DNA from: Monocercomonoides exilis PA203 | Lineage: Eukaryota; Protista; Preaxostyla | Reading direction: 5' to 3' | Assembly (NCBI GenBank): GCA_001643675.2 | Contig: LSRY02000024.1 | Span: 868,001 to 932,000 of the forward strand | DNA length: 64,000 bases | In this document: one piece after another, positions 24,105 to 36,100 of the stretch | Layout: each line of letters begins with the position of its first letter | Numbering within the stretch: the stretch's first letter is position 1 | Made by a program: the position numbers and the translations under genes | The notes under the pieces: generated by a model | The model's input: only the letters and a program-made list of their open reading frames with translations | Databases searched by the model: none | Told to the model about the DNA's origin: nothing

Positions 24105-25185
24105 TTAGATTGGAAGTTTGATAGAAAGAGGTGTATCCCACTTTCCTTTTGTGTCAACTGTCAGATGTTCGGGCTCATCAACAACGACCTTCTTTTCTCC
24201 ACCTTCGGTGTCTTCCATATGAACAGACATCAGTTCACACTGAAATAATTAATAAATTTGAATAAATGAGATAATAGATAGAAAAAAAAATGTAATCAAC
24301 ACAAAACAATTAAGTATAAAAAGGCAAACTTCATGATAGGCTTGTGTGTTTCTCATGAAGATAACAGACATGCATTCCATGAGAAAAGCTTTTGCTTCTT
24401 CACGAGACATTTTTTCAAGTTCATCTCCTTTCTGATTTATCAAATATTTTTATTCCAAAATTATTCGAACAAATGTTAATTAATAAATATGAAAATATAT
24501 ATTTGCACACTTTTGCTATCAATGGTCGTGCAAGATGCTCACCCATTCCTGTCGCTATAAAATTATTAACTATTGGAGTTCCGTAGAGATCGACAGTGCC
24601 CAGAAACCTGTAAAAATAAATAATCAATAAAATTCGAATGATAAGAAGCAACAAAGCAAACGGCTTGTCACTATCAATTCCAGCCACGACAAGACGCACA
24701 TTAAGAGGCTCTAATTTGCTTCTCTTGTTGTATAAAAGACGAGTCGAGTAACTGTGAAATGCTTTCGGAGAAATGTGATGACCATCGGCATAACATTCAC
24801 TATCTTCTCTGAGATAAAAAGTTAAAATTACATAATCATTGGATGAATTGAACAATTGTATTCACAACATTTTTATAAACAAAAGAAAATCTTCCGCAAA
24901 CTGTCTTGCTTCCAAAATTGAGCAGATCTCTTGAAAATCGGAATATTCACCACCAGCGCTGATAATACAATTGTCGGATATCTTCTTCATACGCTTTATA
25001 CCGAAATATCTTGCAGTACTCCCATAGCTGACTGATTAATCAATAAGATAATTTTCGATTGATCATTTAAAATACAAGTGTCAATGAAAAAAAATTCTTG
25101 TCAAACGTTGCTTATCTGCAACAAGCATAACGCCATCTTTATAAATTATTCCAAGAACACTGCTTCCTGTTGTATAAGCTTCCAT
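24105..25185 (-). CDS. PSMB4: 20S proteasome subunit beta 7 (PSMB4/Pre4), 6 exons
   Basis: Spliced MEAYTTGSSVLGIIYKDGVMLVADKQLSYGSTARY...AGGEYSDFQ...LYNKRSKLEPL...FLGTVDLYGT...IATGMGEHLARPL...ECMSVIFMRN. Introns at 25106-25032, 24901-24809, 24661-24608, plus two more. Confidence 0.92.
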
Positions 25186-25260
25186 TTTTATGAAATATGA
25201 TCGATTTCGATCTGAACTTGCAATTTATCATACAAAGATCAAAAATCTTTTTTGTGGTAA
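25186..25260. promoter_or_regulatory. Putative bidirectional promoter (75 bp between divergent ATGs)
   Basis: Proteasome beta7 ATG at 25185 (-) and ALG1 ATG at 25261 (+). Confidence 0.6.
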
Positions 25261-28200
25261 ATGTCGATTCTTTCGGCATTTTTCTCAACATCAAACTTGC
25301 TTTTTCTTACAGCTGTGTCAATAATTTGCGTTATTTTATGGTTGCTAGTTGTTTTGCTTCGGAAGTCAAAAGGGGAGAAATCAATAGCTATTGTTGTGCT
25401 TCGTGATCTTGGTAGATGTCCTCGCATGCAGGCACGAAGCTCCTTTTTTTGATTTTTAATTGATTTTTTATACAATTTTAGAATCACGCATTATCGTTCG
25501 CAGATATGGCAAGATTTCATGTAGATTTGATTGGGCTGAAAGGTTCAGAATGCCGACCTGAAGTCATAAAGCATCCACACATTATTATTCATGCGATGCA
25601 TCCTTGTTCAAGGTATGATTTTCATGACATTTTAAAAAGTGTTTTAATTATGTTTTTGATGATAAAGTTGGTTCATCATGGGATTAAAATTGTTTATCAA
25701 ATTTCTGTTTATTTCGAAACCTACTTACATCCTTGTTCAAAATCCTCCAACGAGCCCAAGTCTAATGATCTGTTCGGCTGTAGCTTGGCTTCGGGGCAGC
25801 ATTTTGGCAATCGACTGGCACAATCTCGGCTTTACAAGGAAGGCAATGAATTATTCCCCATCCGCAAATAACGACAACGCCAATTCAATAGAAATGCAAA
25901 TCAATAAAAATGCTTCAAATAATTTCCCGTTGTACAGATTTTCTTTTCCTCTGCTTCCTCAATCAAATTCTTCAGTGTTTCCATCGCTTCCTCCCACACT
26001 TCCACTTCCAGACTGTCCTCTTGAAGTGCGCATGACTCTTGTCGACGAACGTCTGTTTGCAAAAACGGCTTCTGTCCACTTATGTGTCTCGCGTGCAATG
26101 AAAGAGTGGCTGCAGCAGTGGATCGGTGTGGATGCGACGGTTGTGTATGACCGGCCGTCGCATGTGCTGAAGAGCGGGAGAAAAAGGAAGAAAAGAAGAT
26201 TGCTGGAGAAATTGAGTGATACGCCTTTGATGAAGAACATAGACGAGGATAGTCAGATGGGAAATATGCAGGCGGAGGATGGGGAATGGAACGAGGATGG
26301 AGAGAGAGAAGAGAAAGAGAGGGAGGAAGGCTCGATTGTACGGAGGAGGAGGGCAAGTGTCGACAAAGAAGAGCGAAGCGAAAGGGGAGAGAAAGGTGAT
26401 AGTGATGAGAGTATGGACACGGAAGTGCTGGATGCAGATGAGACAGCGAGCTATTCGTATGAGTCTGACGCTTCGTTCTATGAGGACACACAGGAAGAGG
26501 CAGATGGCAATGAAGACGAGTATGAAGGGTATGAATATGACTATGAGTATGATGGGAGGTACATGAACTCGGAGGGAGGAAGAAAAACGGGGAGAGGAGA
26601 AGAGGAAAGAGGAGGAGGAGAAGAGGAGGAAGAGGAGAATGAGCCGTTTGGAGGAAAGAATCAGCTACTGTCTGTGAGAGGGAGAGAACGCAGCAGAAAC
26701 AGTATGAACGAGGCAGATGATGAGAAAAGAGGGAATTTTGGGCTGTTTCCGGATGAAAATGAAGGCAAAGAGGAAATGAAGAAGGAGAAGAAGGGGAAGA
26801 AGACATACACAAAAGCAGAGACGCTGAGCAGGCTGTGGAGGTTGTATCACAAGGCGTTCGATGGGTTTAGCTATGAGAAACCAAGGGTGGATGAGGAGAG
26901 AGAGAAGGAAGAGAAGGAAATGAAAGGAATGAAAGGAAAGAATGAAACAGAAGAGAAGAAAGAAGGAGATGACGATAAATTGTCTTCTTCATCGTCTCAA
27001 TCATTGAATACCACAGGGAATAAATTGAACTCTTCAACATCTTCTTCGCTTTCTGCTTTTCCACTTTCAAATTCATCATCTCACCTTGACAATGAAAATG
27101 AACAACTTTCATCATCATCTTCCTCATCGTTATCTTCTTCTTCCTCCTCTTCCTCATCATCTTCTTCCTTCTCATTGTACACCCTCCCTCCACGTCGTGT
27201 TTCTCCTCTCCATCTTCTGTCAATTCACTACCCTCTTTCTGTTCCATCGGCTCCATTTGAGGCTGACGAGGCTCTTCTCAACCACAACACAATAAACACA
27301 CAAAACATTCAGTCAGCTTCTTCTTCTTCTTCTTTATCACAAGATACTTCTTCTAACACCTCAGAAATAGCTGATTCTTCTTCTTCTTCTTCTTCTTCTT
27401 CATCTACCTCTTCTTCTTCCTCTTCTTCTGTTAATTCTTCAATCACTTCAACACAAATTCCTTCATCATCATCATCCATTATTCCATGTCCATTTGTGCC
27501 ATTGAATGATCCACTTTCACTGCGCAATGACAGACCTGCTCTTGTTGTATGCCCTACTTCATGGTCAAGAGGTTTGCCATTCAATTCAGATGAATTGATG
27601 AGTGCTGTGTTTTTTTATGAATTAAATTGAGAATTTTTATTTATTTATTTATTTATTTATTTCTTTGCTTTGTTAATATTTTCTCTTTTTCTATTTTTCT
27701 CTTCTTTATTAAATTTATTTTATACCTTCTGTTTTATTCTATCTTTTCTATTCTATCTATTTTATTCTATTTATTCCTATCCAATATATTTTCTTTTAAA
27801 AACCAAAACAATTCCACATCACCTCAGATGAAGATATCTCCATGTTTCTGTCAGCTCTTCTGCTTGTAGAGGAGCGAATCATCAATTTCTCCATAGACAA
27901 CTTCCCTCGTGTTGTCATCTGCTGCACTGGGAAAGGTGCTTTATTCAAGCCATTCTTCATCACACTCACTTCACTTAAAGCAAAAAAGAATTCTTTACCA
28001 TCTTCTTTATCATCATCATCTTCTTCTTCTTCTGCTAATTCTTCTTCTTCTCCTTCCTCCTCCTCCTCATCTTCTTCTTCCAATTCCTCCTCTTCCTCTC
28101 CCTCCTCCTCCTCCTCTTCTTCTTCTCTCTTCCACTTCTTCTCCATCCACCCTCTCTTCACCACTCCATCTGACTATGCCTCTCTCCTCTCTGTTGCTGA

Positions 28201-28825
28201 CTTGGGCATTTCTCTCCATTCTTCCTCTTCTGCATTAGATTTGCCTGTCACTATTGTCGATATGCTTGGTGCGGGTATACCCATCGTGGCAAAGAACTAT
28301 CTTTGGTTTGATGAGTTATCTTGTTTATATATTTGAATATTTATGTATTTGAATGAAAAATAAATATTTATTATTTTATTTTATTTTATTTTATTTCCCC
28401 ACTTTTCTTCTTCTTCTTCTTCTTTTCTTTTCTTTTCTTTTCTTTTCTTTTTTTTTATTCTTCATTCTTCCATATTATTTCCTTCTATTCCAATATAAAT
28501 GTTATATTCACTATCTATGATCAGCATCAATGAGCTCATCCAACACAGGAAAAATGGGCTTCTCTATGAAACAGCCGAAGAGTTGGCTGACCATCTGCTA
28601 TATCTTCTGTGCGGCTTCCCAAACAATCGCAATCTCGGTCGTCTGGTCAATTCATATTCAAGATCGATTGTTTGCTCCCACTTAATTTATAATAATAATA
28701 ATTATTATTATTATTGGATTTAAAACTTTATTGATTTTGGTTTATTTATCTTTCTTCATTGAATTTTTAATCAGGAGAGATGGAATGAGTGTTGGGCCAG
28801 ATGCGTATTGCCGCTTTTCCCATAG
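25261..28825 (+). CDS. ALG1: Chitobiosyl-PP-dolichol beta-1,4-mannosyltransferase ALG1 (6 exons) with large low-complexity insertions
   Basis: N-terminal TM segment; VVLRDLGRCPRMQ|NHALS; LVQNPP; IDWHN; LCVSRAM; YDRP; RPAL..TSWSR|DED; TGKG; ADLGISLHSSSSALDLP; CINELI..NG; RWNECW. Introns 25432-25481 (GC-AG), ~25613-25667, 27572-27827, ~28306-28524, 28670-28774. Confidence 0.9.
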
Positions 28826-28993
28826 ATATAATATCTTTATGTTAAAAAGTCATATGACATTTCTTAATTATTTTTGTAATCTTATTATATTCGAAAAAAA
28901 TATGTTTTATCGATTATGCGAATTGCTCAATTAACAAATATTAAAAAATATGGAAAAGCACCAAAAGGGTATTTTTCAGATCAAAAGACTGAA

Positions 28994-29871
28994 ATGGGCA
29001 AGCAAATTAACAAGAAACGCAAGGTTTATACAAGATAACAATATATTCAGGAGACATATTTTTAATATATAATTAATGTGCCAATTTTAAAATAAAAAAT
29101 TTGTTTTCATTTCATAGTTCGTCGCCGATGGTGTTTTTTCAGCTGAACTCAATGCATTCCTCCGTCAAGAGCTCGCAGAGGAAGGATATTCCGGACTTGA
29201 AATTCGTGTTGCTCCACCGATTACTGAAATCACAATCCGTGCTACACGTACAGCTTCTTTGATTGGAGAACAAGCAAAACGGTATTTTTCTTCAATTTTC
29301 TAATTAGATCAAGTTTTCATTTGCTTGCATTACATGACAATTAAATAACAGTCTCCAGGAATTGACCTCATTGATCCAAAAGAGATGGGGATTCCCAGTT
29401 AATGGCGTTAGACTTCTTGCTGATCGTCTGAAGAACCGTGCCTTGTCTGCTGTCGCCCAAGCTGAATCAATGATCTTCAAAATCACTGGTGGACTTCCAG
29501 TTCGTCGTGCTGCATATGGTATCTTGCGTTTCGTCATGGAGAATGAAGCTAAAGGCGTTGAGGTTCGTGTTGGAGGAAAATTGAGAGGACAAAGAGGAAA
29601 GACAATGAAATTCCGTGACGGATACATGATCAAATCAGGAGACCCCAAGCGTCAAATGGTTGATATTGCAGTTCGTCACCTTCTTTTGGAACAGGGTATG
29701 CTTGGCATCTGCGTCAAGATCATGCTTCCAACAAAGAGACAACACGAAGACGGCAAAGAGTACATCCAGCCCGATGTTATCGAAATCTTCGATCCAAAGG
29801 AAGAGGAATTACGCAATCAAGCACCAGAGTACAAACGCATTGATTTTCAGCAACCGGTTCGTAGGAACTAA
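28994..29871 (+). CDS. RPS3: 40S ribosomal protein S3 (uS3); introns 29024..29117 and 29282..29351
   Basis: [10 protein letters not shown]|[30 protein letters not shown]...LSAVAQAES...[43 protein letters not shown]. Confidence 0.98.
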
Positions 29872-30137
29872 AAAAGAAGAAAAGTTTAAATGGTTGAATT
29901 TTATAATTTAAATGTATCAACCACTTTTTCTTTAATTCTTTTTAAAGCGTCATGGCTTTAAAATTTTCAAAATAAAAAAAAAAAAATCATAAATCATGTC
30001 TTGTAAATAATTTCTTTATTATGTAGATTGAAATGTTTCTTCTAATTAATTTATTGGATGTGTTAATAATTAAACTATATACATTTTAATAAAACAAGAA
30101 AACTTAAAAAAACTAAAACATTCACAATCATGAACAC

Positions 30138-33100
30138 TCAATCATCTTCTTCCAGTCCAATTGCGATTGCCTTTTCAAGCTGAGCGAAGAATGCCATTTC
30201 TCCGTCATCCATGTTTGCAGATGAAGGGAATTTGAATATTTTGCTTGAATCATCCGAAGCAGTCCTACTCTTTCTTCCTTCGCTTGATTTGTGGATTGGG
30301 GATGCAGGATGAGGCTTCAGTTGAACAGATCCAACTGCAGAATAAAGTTCTGCCCGCTCTTCAGAAGAAGAAGAATACAACTTTTTATTCAACTTAGATG
30401 AAGAAGGTGGCTGTGAAGAAACAACAGATGGCTGCTCTAACGACAGTTCAACTGGAGGACGAGGCGCTTTTGCTGAACTGTAACGAACAGGCTGACGAGA
30501 GGAACGATGATGCACTTCAAAGATCTCCATTGACTCATCAGCATTACTTGCTTCTTCAGACGCTGCAAAGGGAGAGCGACCAGCAAGTGGAGATCCAGTT
30601 CCTGTTCTCCGCTTTTGAGAAGATGATGTTGAAGAATTTAAATTATCACGCAATTCAAAGGAATCATCATTGCTCTTTCGTTTGTTCAAGTTTGAAGATT
30701 TAATTGCTGATTTATCTTCTGTTTTCTTCAAATAAGAAGATTCCTGAATATCTCTTTTCAAACGATCACTTCTTTCCTCTTTTGCATCTTGTGAATTGAT
30801 ATTTTCTCCTCTTTGTTTTCTCCCTTGAGAGCTTTCAGACTTCCCTTCCAGAGATTGCAATGAGGACAATACTGAATCAAACCTATCATCGTTGATTGCT
30901 GCCTTTGGCGGAGATTTAACCACAATTTGCTCTTTCTTCTCTCTCGATGGAGATGTATTGGTAACTTCAATATTGCTGCCACGATTATCTTTTGCTGATG
31001 CATCTTTTCTCTTTTCTGTTCCATCTGCTGCATTCAGAGCAAATGACACTCTTTTGCTCGGAGAAGGAGATCTCCTCAAAAGAGAAGCACTTTCTGTTGA
31101 AGAAGAAGAAGGTGACGAAACAAACTGAACAGATGTATCTCTTCGAGGAGTTGAAAAGCTGTTGAATGAACCTAATTTGTGTTCATCTTGCTCAGTTCCA
31201 TCGTCTTTCATCAGTTTTCTTCTTGGTGTTCCTCTGATTGATCTTTTCTCTTCCTCCTTTTGTTGACTCTGTTCGCTTTCTTTCTTCATCTTCATCAGCA
31301 TTTGCTCCAAATCCTTGCGCTCTTTCCACTGCTTCAGTGCTTCATCTCTTTTCTTCCACTTTTCATTTCTTTTCCTCTCTTCTTCTTCCTCTTCCTCTTT
31401 CTTCTTCCTTTCCATCTCTCTTCTTTTCTCTTTTGCTCTTTCCAATGCAACACGCTGTGCTTCTCTCAGTTTTTGCTGCTTTTTTCTTTCTTCCTCCTTT
31501 TTCAAAGCAGCTTGCCTGTTCTGCTCTTCTTCATCGATTTCTCTGATAATTTGCTCTTCAGCTGAATAATGAGTGGACTTATGAGGCGAAAAGCTCGAAT
31601 TCAAGTTCCCTCTGCCAGGAGAAGAGGACAGACTTCGTTTGGATCGAGAAGAATTTGGCGTTGAAGGAGAGGAATGTGCAGATGAACGAGAGAGAGAACG
31701 AGATGAAGAAGGTGTGCTGAACGATGAATGCGGCTGGCGAGGAGGAGTTTTAGTTCGGTTGGATGTGAAAGAAGAAGAAGAAGACGATGACGAAGAAGTT
31801 GATGATGACAAACGAGATGATTTTGAAGGAGAAGGAGATGTGCTTTTTCGCGGGGTGGAGAGAAGAGTATGTGAAGAAGATGAAGATGAAGACGAGGAAG
31901 AGGAAGAGGAAGAGGAAGAAGATGAATGCAAACGAGGAGGTGTTGACGGAGGAAGAGGCGGTTTTGGGGGTGTTTGTCTTGTTGAAGGGATTGGTGTTGC
32001 AATAATCGTTGGCGACTGACTCACTGACAGCTCACGCTTCCCGTCGCTGCTTGTCACTTCCTCTCTTGAGCGATGGCTCTGAGGAGTTGATCCAAATCTA
32101 CGCGAAGAAGGTGATTGAAAAGAAGAAGAAGAAGAAGTCGATGGTGAAGAAGAAGAAGAAGATGATGATGATGATCCACGATTTGTGATCATTTCTCTAT
32201 AATGCGTGATACGCTGGTGGAGCGCAGCTAGCTCTGAGTCTTCATCGTCATCCAATGAAGAATTCTTTCTGTATTCTGAAATTGGCGAAGTCGGATCATT
32301 TCTCCCCCGAAACTTTCTTTGTGCACTGTCAACAATCGAGCTGCTTCCATCTGCGTTTTTCCTTCTGCTCCTTCTTTCTGAGTCATCCTCTGACAATTCA
32401 TTTGCTTTTCCTTCTTCTTCGACTGATTCTCCACTGCCATCACTTTCATCTCCTTCAAATGCTGCTCTTCTTCCTCTGCCCTTTCGATGGTGCCGATGCG
32501 GCGAGCTCCGTCTGTCTCTGCTGGAATGTCGCGAGGGAGTCCTGGGCGTCTCAGTTGCATTCAGCAAAAAACGCACCCGTCGCTCTTTTGTTCGTGGCGT
32601 TTCCTCAGCATATTCAAATCCTTCTTCTCTCTCTTCTCTCCTGAGCATTCCTTTGTAACGGTCATCTCCATATTTATCTTCACTGTGTCTGTGTGACGCT
32701 TGCTTTGTTGAATCTTCTTCGTCTTCGGCTGCTTCTGCTGCAGATGCTGCTGCAAGCGCTTTCTCTTCTTCTTCTTTCTTTCGCATCAAATATTCCTCCA
32801 TTTTTTCTCTGCTTTTTCGTTCTTTCATTTTCTTTGCCTCCATTTCAATAAGCTTATCCACATTTTGCTCATTTTTCTTTCTTTCTCTCTCTTTTTCCAT
32901 CATCTTCAGCCTCCTTTTCCTCATTTCTGTCTCACTCACATCATCCCCTTCTGCTCCTTCAATCGCCTTTCTCTCTTTCTCCTTCTGTTTCTTCTTGTCT
33001 CTTTCGCTCTTCTCAATCCTCAGCTCCATTTCAATTCGCTTCCTTTCCATTTCAAACTCTTGTTCTCTTCTTATTCTCTGCTGCTCTCTTTCTTCTGCCT

Positions 33101-36100
33101 CTCTTCTGAGCTGTTCTTCTTTTGTTTTCGCCTTCGCTTCTTCTTCGGGAGATATTTTCTTTTTGAATGGAATATTCTTTCTTGGTGTCTTTGAGACAGC
33201 TGAAGAAACAAAGTTATCTTTCATCTTTGAGATGCTGTTTCTTTCTTCTTTTTTGTTACTCATTTTATTACTATTTCGTTCTTGTTCATCTCTTTCTGCT
33301 TCATTCTCCTTCCCGTCATACAAATTGATATCTGAGTGTTTATTTTTTGATCTTGAATGCGATTTATTCTTTGATTTTAACCCTGTCTCTTTGGAATGTT
33401 CAGGTGCTGATGAAGATGAAGCAGAAGACAGAAACCGGACAAAAGTCAGATCTCCACCAATCAGCTCGCCTTCCTCTTCATCTTGCGAAGCATTGACACC
33501 ATTTTCATCTGAAGGAATTTGAGAATCATCATTCGAAAGCTGCTGGCTTTGGTTGAATTCATCATCATCCTCTTCAGTCACAACTGAGTCGTTATCTTCG
33601 TCAGTCAAAGCAGACAGCCTTTTCTCCACATCATCAATCAACATCGCATTTCGGGCAGCTTCTTCCTCCTTTTCATTTAAGCCAGCATTTTCTCTGTTGT
33701 TCGCCTCTGCCTCTGCTTCTGCCTTTGCCTCTTCCTTCGTTTCTGTCTCATTCGAAACCCATCCGCTTTTGTCTTCGTATCGCCAGCGGTGTAAAAGCAC
33801 ATTGCTTCTGACAGACGTCGATGCAGCTGAAGAAGCAGAAAGAGGGAAATCAGAAATTGACAGCTCTCGCTGAAGATCCTTTGTTCCAGAGCTGCTTTTG
33901 ATGAGATTTGATTCAGAATTGCTTTTCTCATAATCTTCTTCATAATGAAAATTCCTGTTTAAATAATCAGCTCTTTCTGCTTCCTTCACTTTTTCGTATT
34001 CAATGCTCGATGACAGATTGTTGTATACCTTCCAATCTTCGTTCTCTTTGTTTTCTTCCAAGTCAAATTTCACTCTGCTCTCTGTATTCTGTTTGTCTTC
34101 TCTCTGAATGTTGTTCATTCTTATTTCATTATCTGACAATATTCCTATTTCAGATCCCTTTCCTCTTTGAGCATAATTCGAAGGTGGTTTTGGTGGCTTC
34201 ATTTTCAATTGGCTGGCTCGATCTTCACTTTGGCTATTCGAACTGTTCTCTCTTTCTTTCACATTCACATTGTCATACTTTGAATAATTACTTAACACAA
34301 ACACATCTGTTTTGATATCTGCTTTTTGCTTATTCCCAATTTCTCTTTCACTCAGCAGTCTGTCATAAGAATCTGAGTGATATCTTTCCTTCATTTGCTG
34401 CTTCTGCTGTTGCTGTTGCTTTTGAGAGCTGTCCGATTCATTTGGAATATTCAAAGACGAAGCAAAAGGAGCAACAGCAGCAGCAGCAGTAGTAGTAGTA
34501 GAAGAGGAGGAAGAAGATGCAAGAGAAGGCCTGGGAGAAAGCGGAGGAGGTTTCAGAGGAGAATGTTCTGATTCCAACACAGGTGGGCTTTTGTGTTTGG
34601 CAAAAGACAGAACATCTTTTCCAGTCCCTTCGTTCTCATCCTCCTCAATTGAAGAAGAATACTGCAGTCGATCAGAATATGACTGACGAATGCTGCTTCT
34701 ATTGCTTGATACGTTTGCTGATTGCTGGGTAGGATATGGCTCGGTTAGAAGGTTCCATGAAGAAGAAGAAGAAGAAGAAGAAGAAGAAGAAGAAGAAGAA
34801 ATAGTGGAGGAAGAAGGAGGAGATGAAGAAGGAGGTGGAGAAGAAGAAGGTGATGATGAAGGAATTGAATCTGGAATGTCAGGTGACATGGAAGGCGGAG
34901 GTATCACCAGAAACGAGGAGGATCTCAGAGGAGGAGAAAGAACGCTTCCTTTAGCTATTTCATCTTCCACTTCAGCATTTAATGTTCTATTGCTTGATGC
35001 TCTGTTAGATTGTGGCAGAGGAACTGAAGATGAACCAAGGCTAAGCTTAGCATTTGAATTAGAAGACAGAAAAGAAGAAGAAGAAGAAGAAGAAGTGGAT
35101 GATAATAAAGAAGCAGAGGGTTTAGAAAGAGAAGTCTGAGAAGCAGAACTTCCATCGTTTTGAGGCGATTTATTGAAAGAATAGTCATTTTTGTTGAGTG
35201 CTTTTGCAATCAATGTTTCCAATTCGCCATCATCATATGAAGATGCCTTGCTCACCACTTCGTTTGTCTGTTTTTTCATTTGCATGTTTGGAAATAGCGA
35301 AGATGAAATATTTGATCCTTCTGGTGATGCTGATGCTGATGAAGATGAAGATGAATGAGTTGAAGAATGAGAAAGAGATAACTTTGATTGAGATACTGGA
35401 GAAGAAGAGAAAGAAGAAAGCGAAGTGGCTGATTGATTGGGAAGTGAAGAAGGCTGCACAATAGACGAAGAAGCATTATCTCTTTGAAGAAAAGAATTAG
35501 AAATTGCATTTGAATTAGAATAAGAATCAGAATAATTGGACGGCTGAAGTGTGCTAGTTGAAGGAGAAACAAGAGAATCTGTGGTTTGAAGCGTTGAAGT
35601 GGGTGATGAAGTGTTTGGCTGTGATGAAATGTTCTGTGAGAGATAAGATTTGTTGTATGAGTTGGATGAGGATGAAAGGGAGGTTGGATTCTGAAGCATA
35701 GAATTAGATGAAATGAAGGAGGAAGATGAAGAAGAGGAAGGATTTGAATATGAAGAAGGTGTTAAATTCATCTGGTTTTGTTGTTGAAGTGAATTCTGTT
35801 GTGAGCTGTTATTTGAAGCTATTTGAGAGCTAACAGCCATTGGCGATGTTGATGTGTCTATCATAACCAGTTTTTTGCGTTGCTCTTTCTTTTCCTGCTC
35901 TTCTTGAAGAAATTGGGCGATCCTTCGGAGAAGAGGAGAGGTGAATGCAGACTGTGGAGAAGATGGTTCTTTGGCTGTCGGAGTCGCTAGCAACTTTGAG
36001 TTTGGCGGTGTTGTTGGAGTTGATGACAGATTCTCTGAAATGGAAGAGGAAGAAGAAGAAGAGGAGGAGGAGGAGAAGGAAGATGAAGAAGATGAAGAAG

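Noticed and set aside
28360-28714. Simple repeats and a 26-bp (AAT)n(TTA)n palindrome (28689-28714) in ALG1 introns
   Set aside because: Low-complexity slippage products; no evidence of function.
16742-28825. ALG13 and ALG1 as a glycosylation gene cluster
   Set aside because: They are consecutive pathway steps but lie ~8 kb apart with four unrelated genes between; chance cannot be excluded without synteny data.
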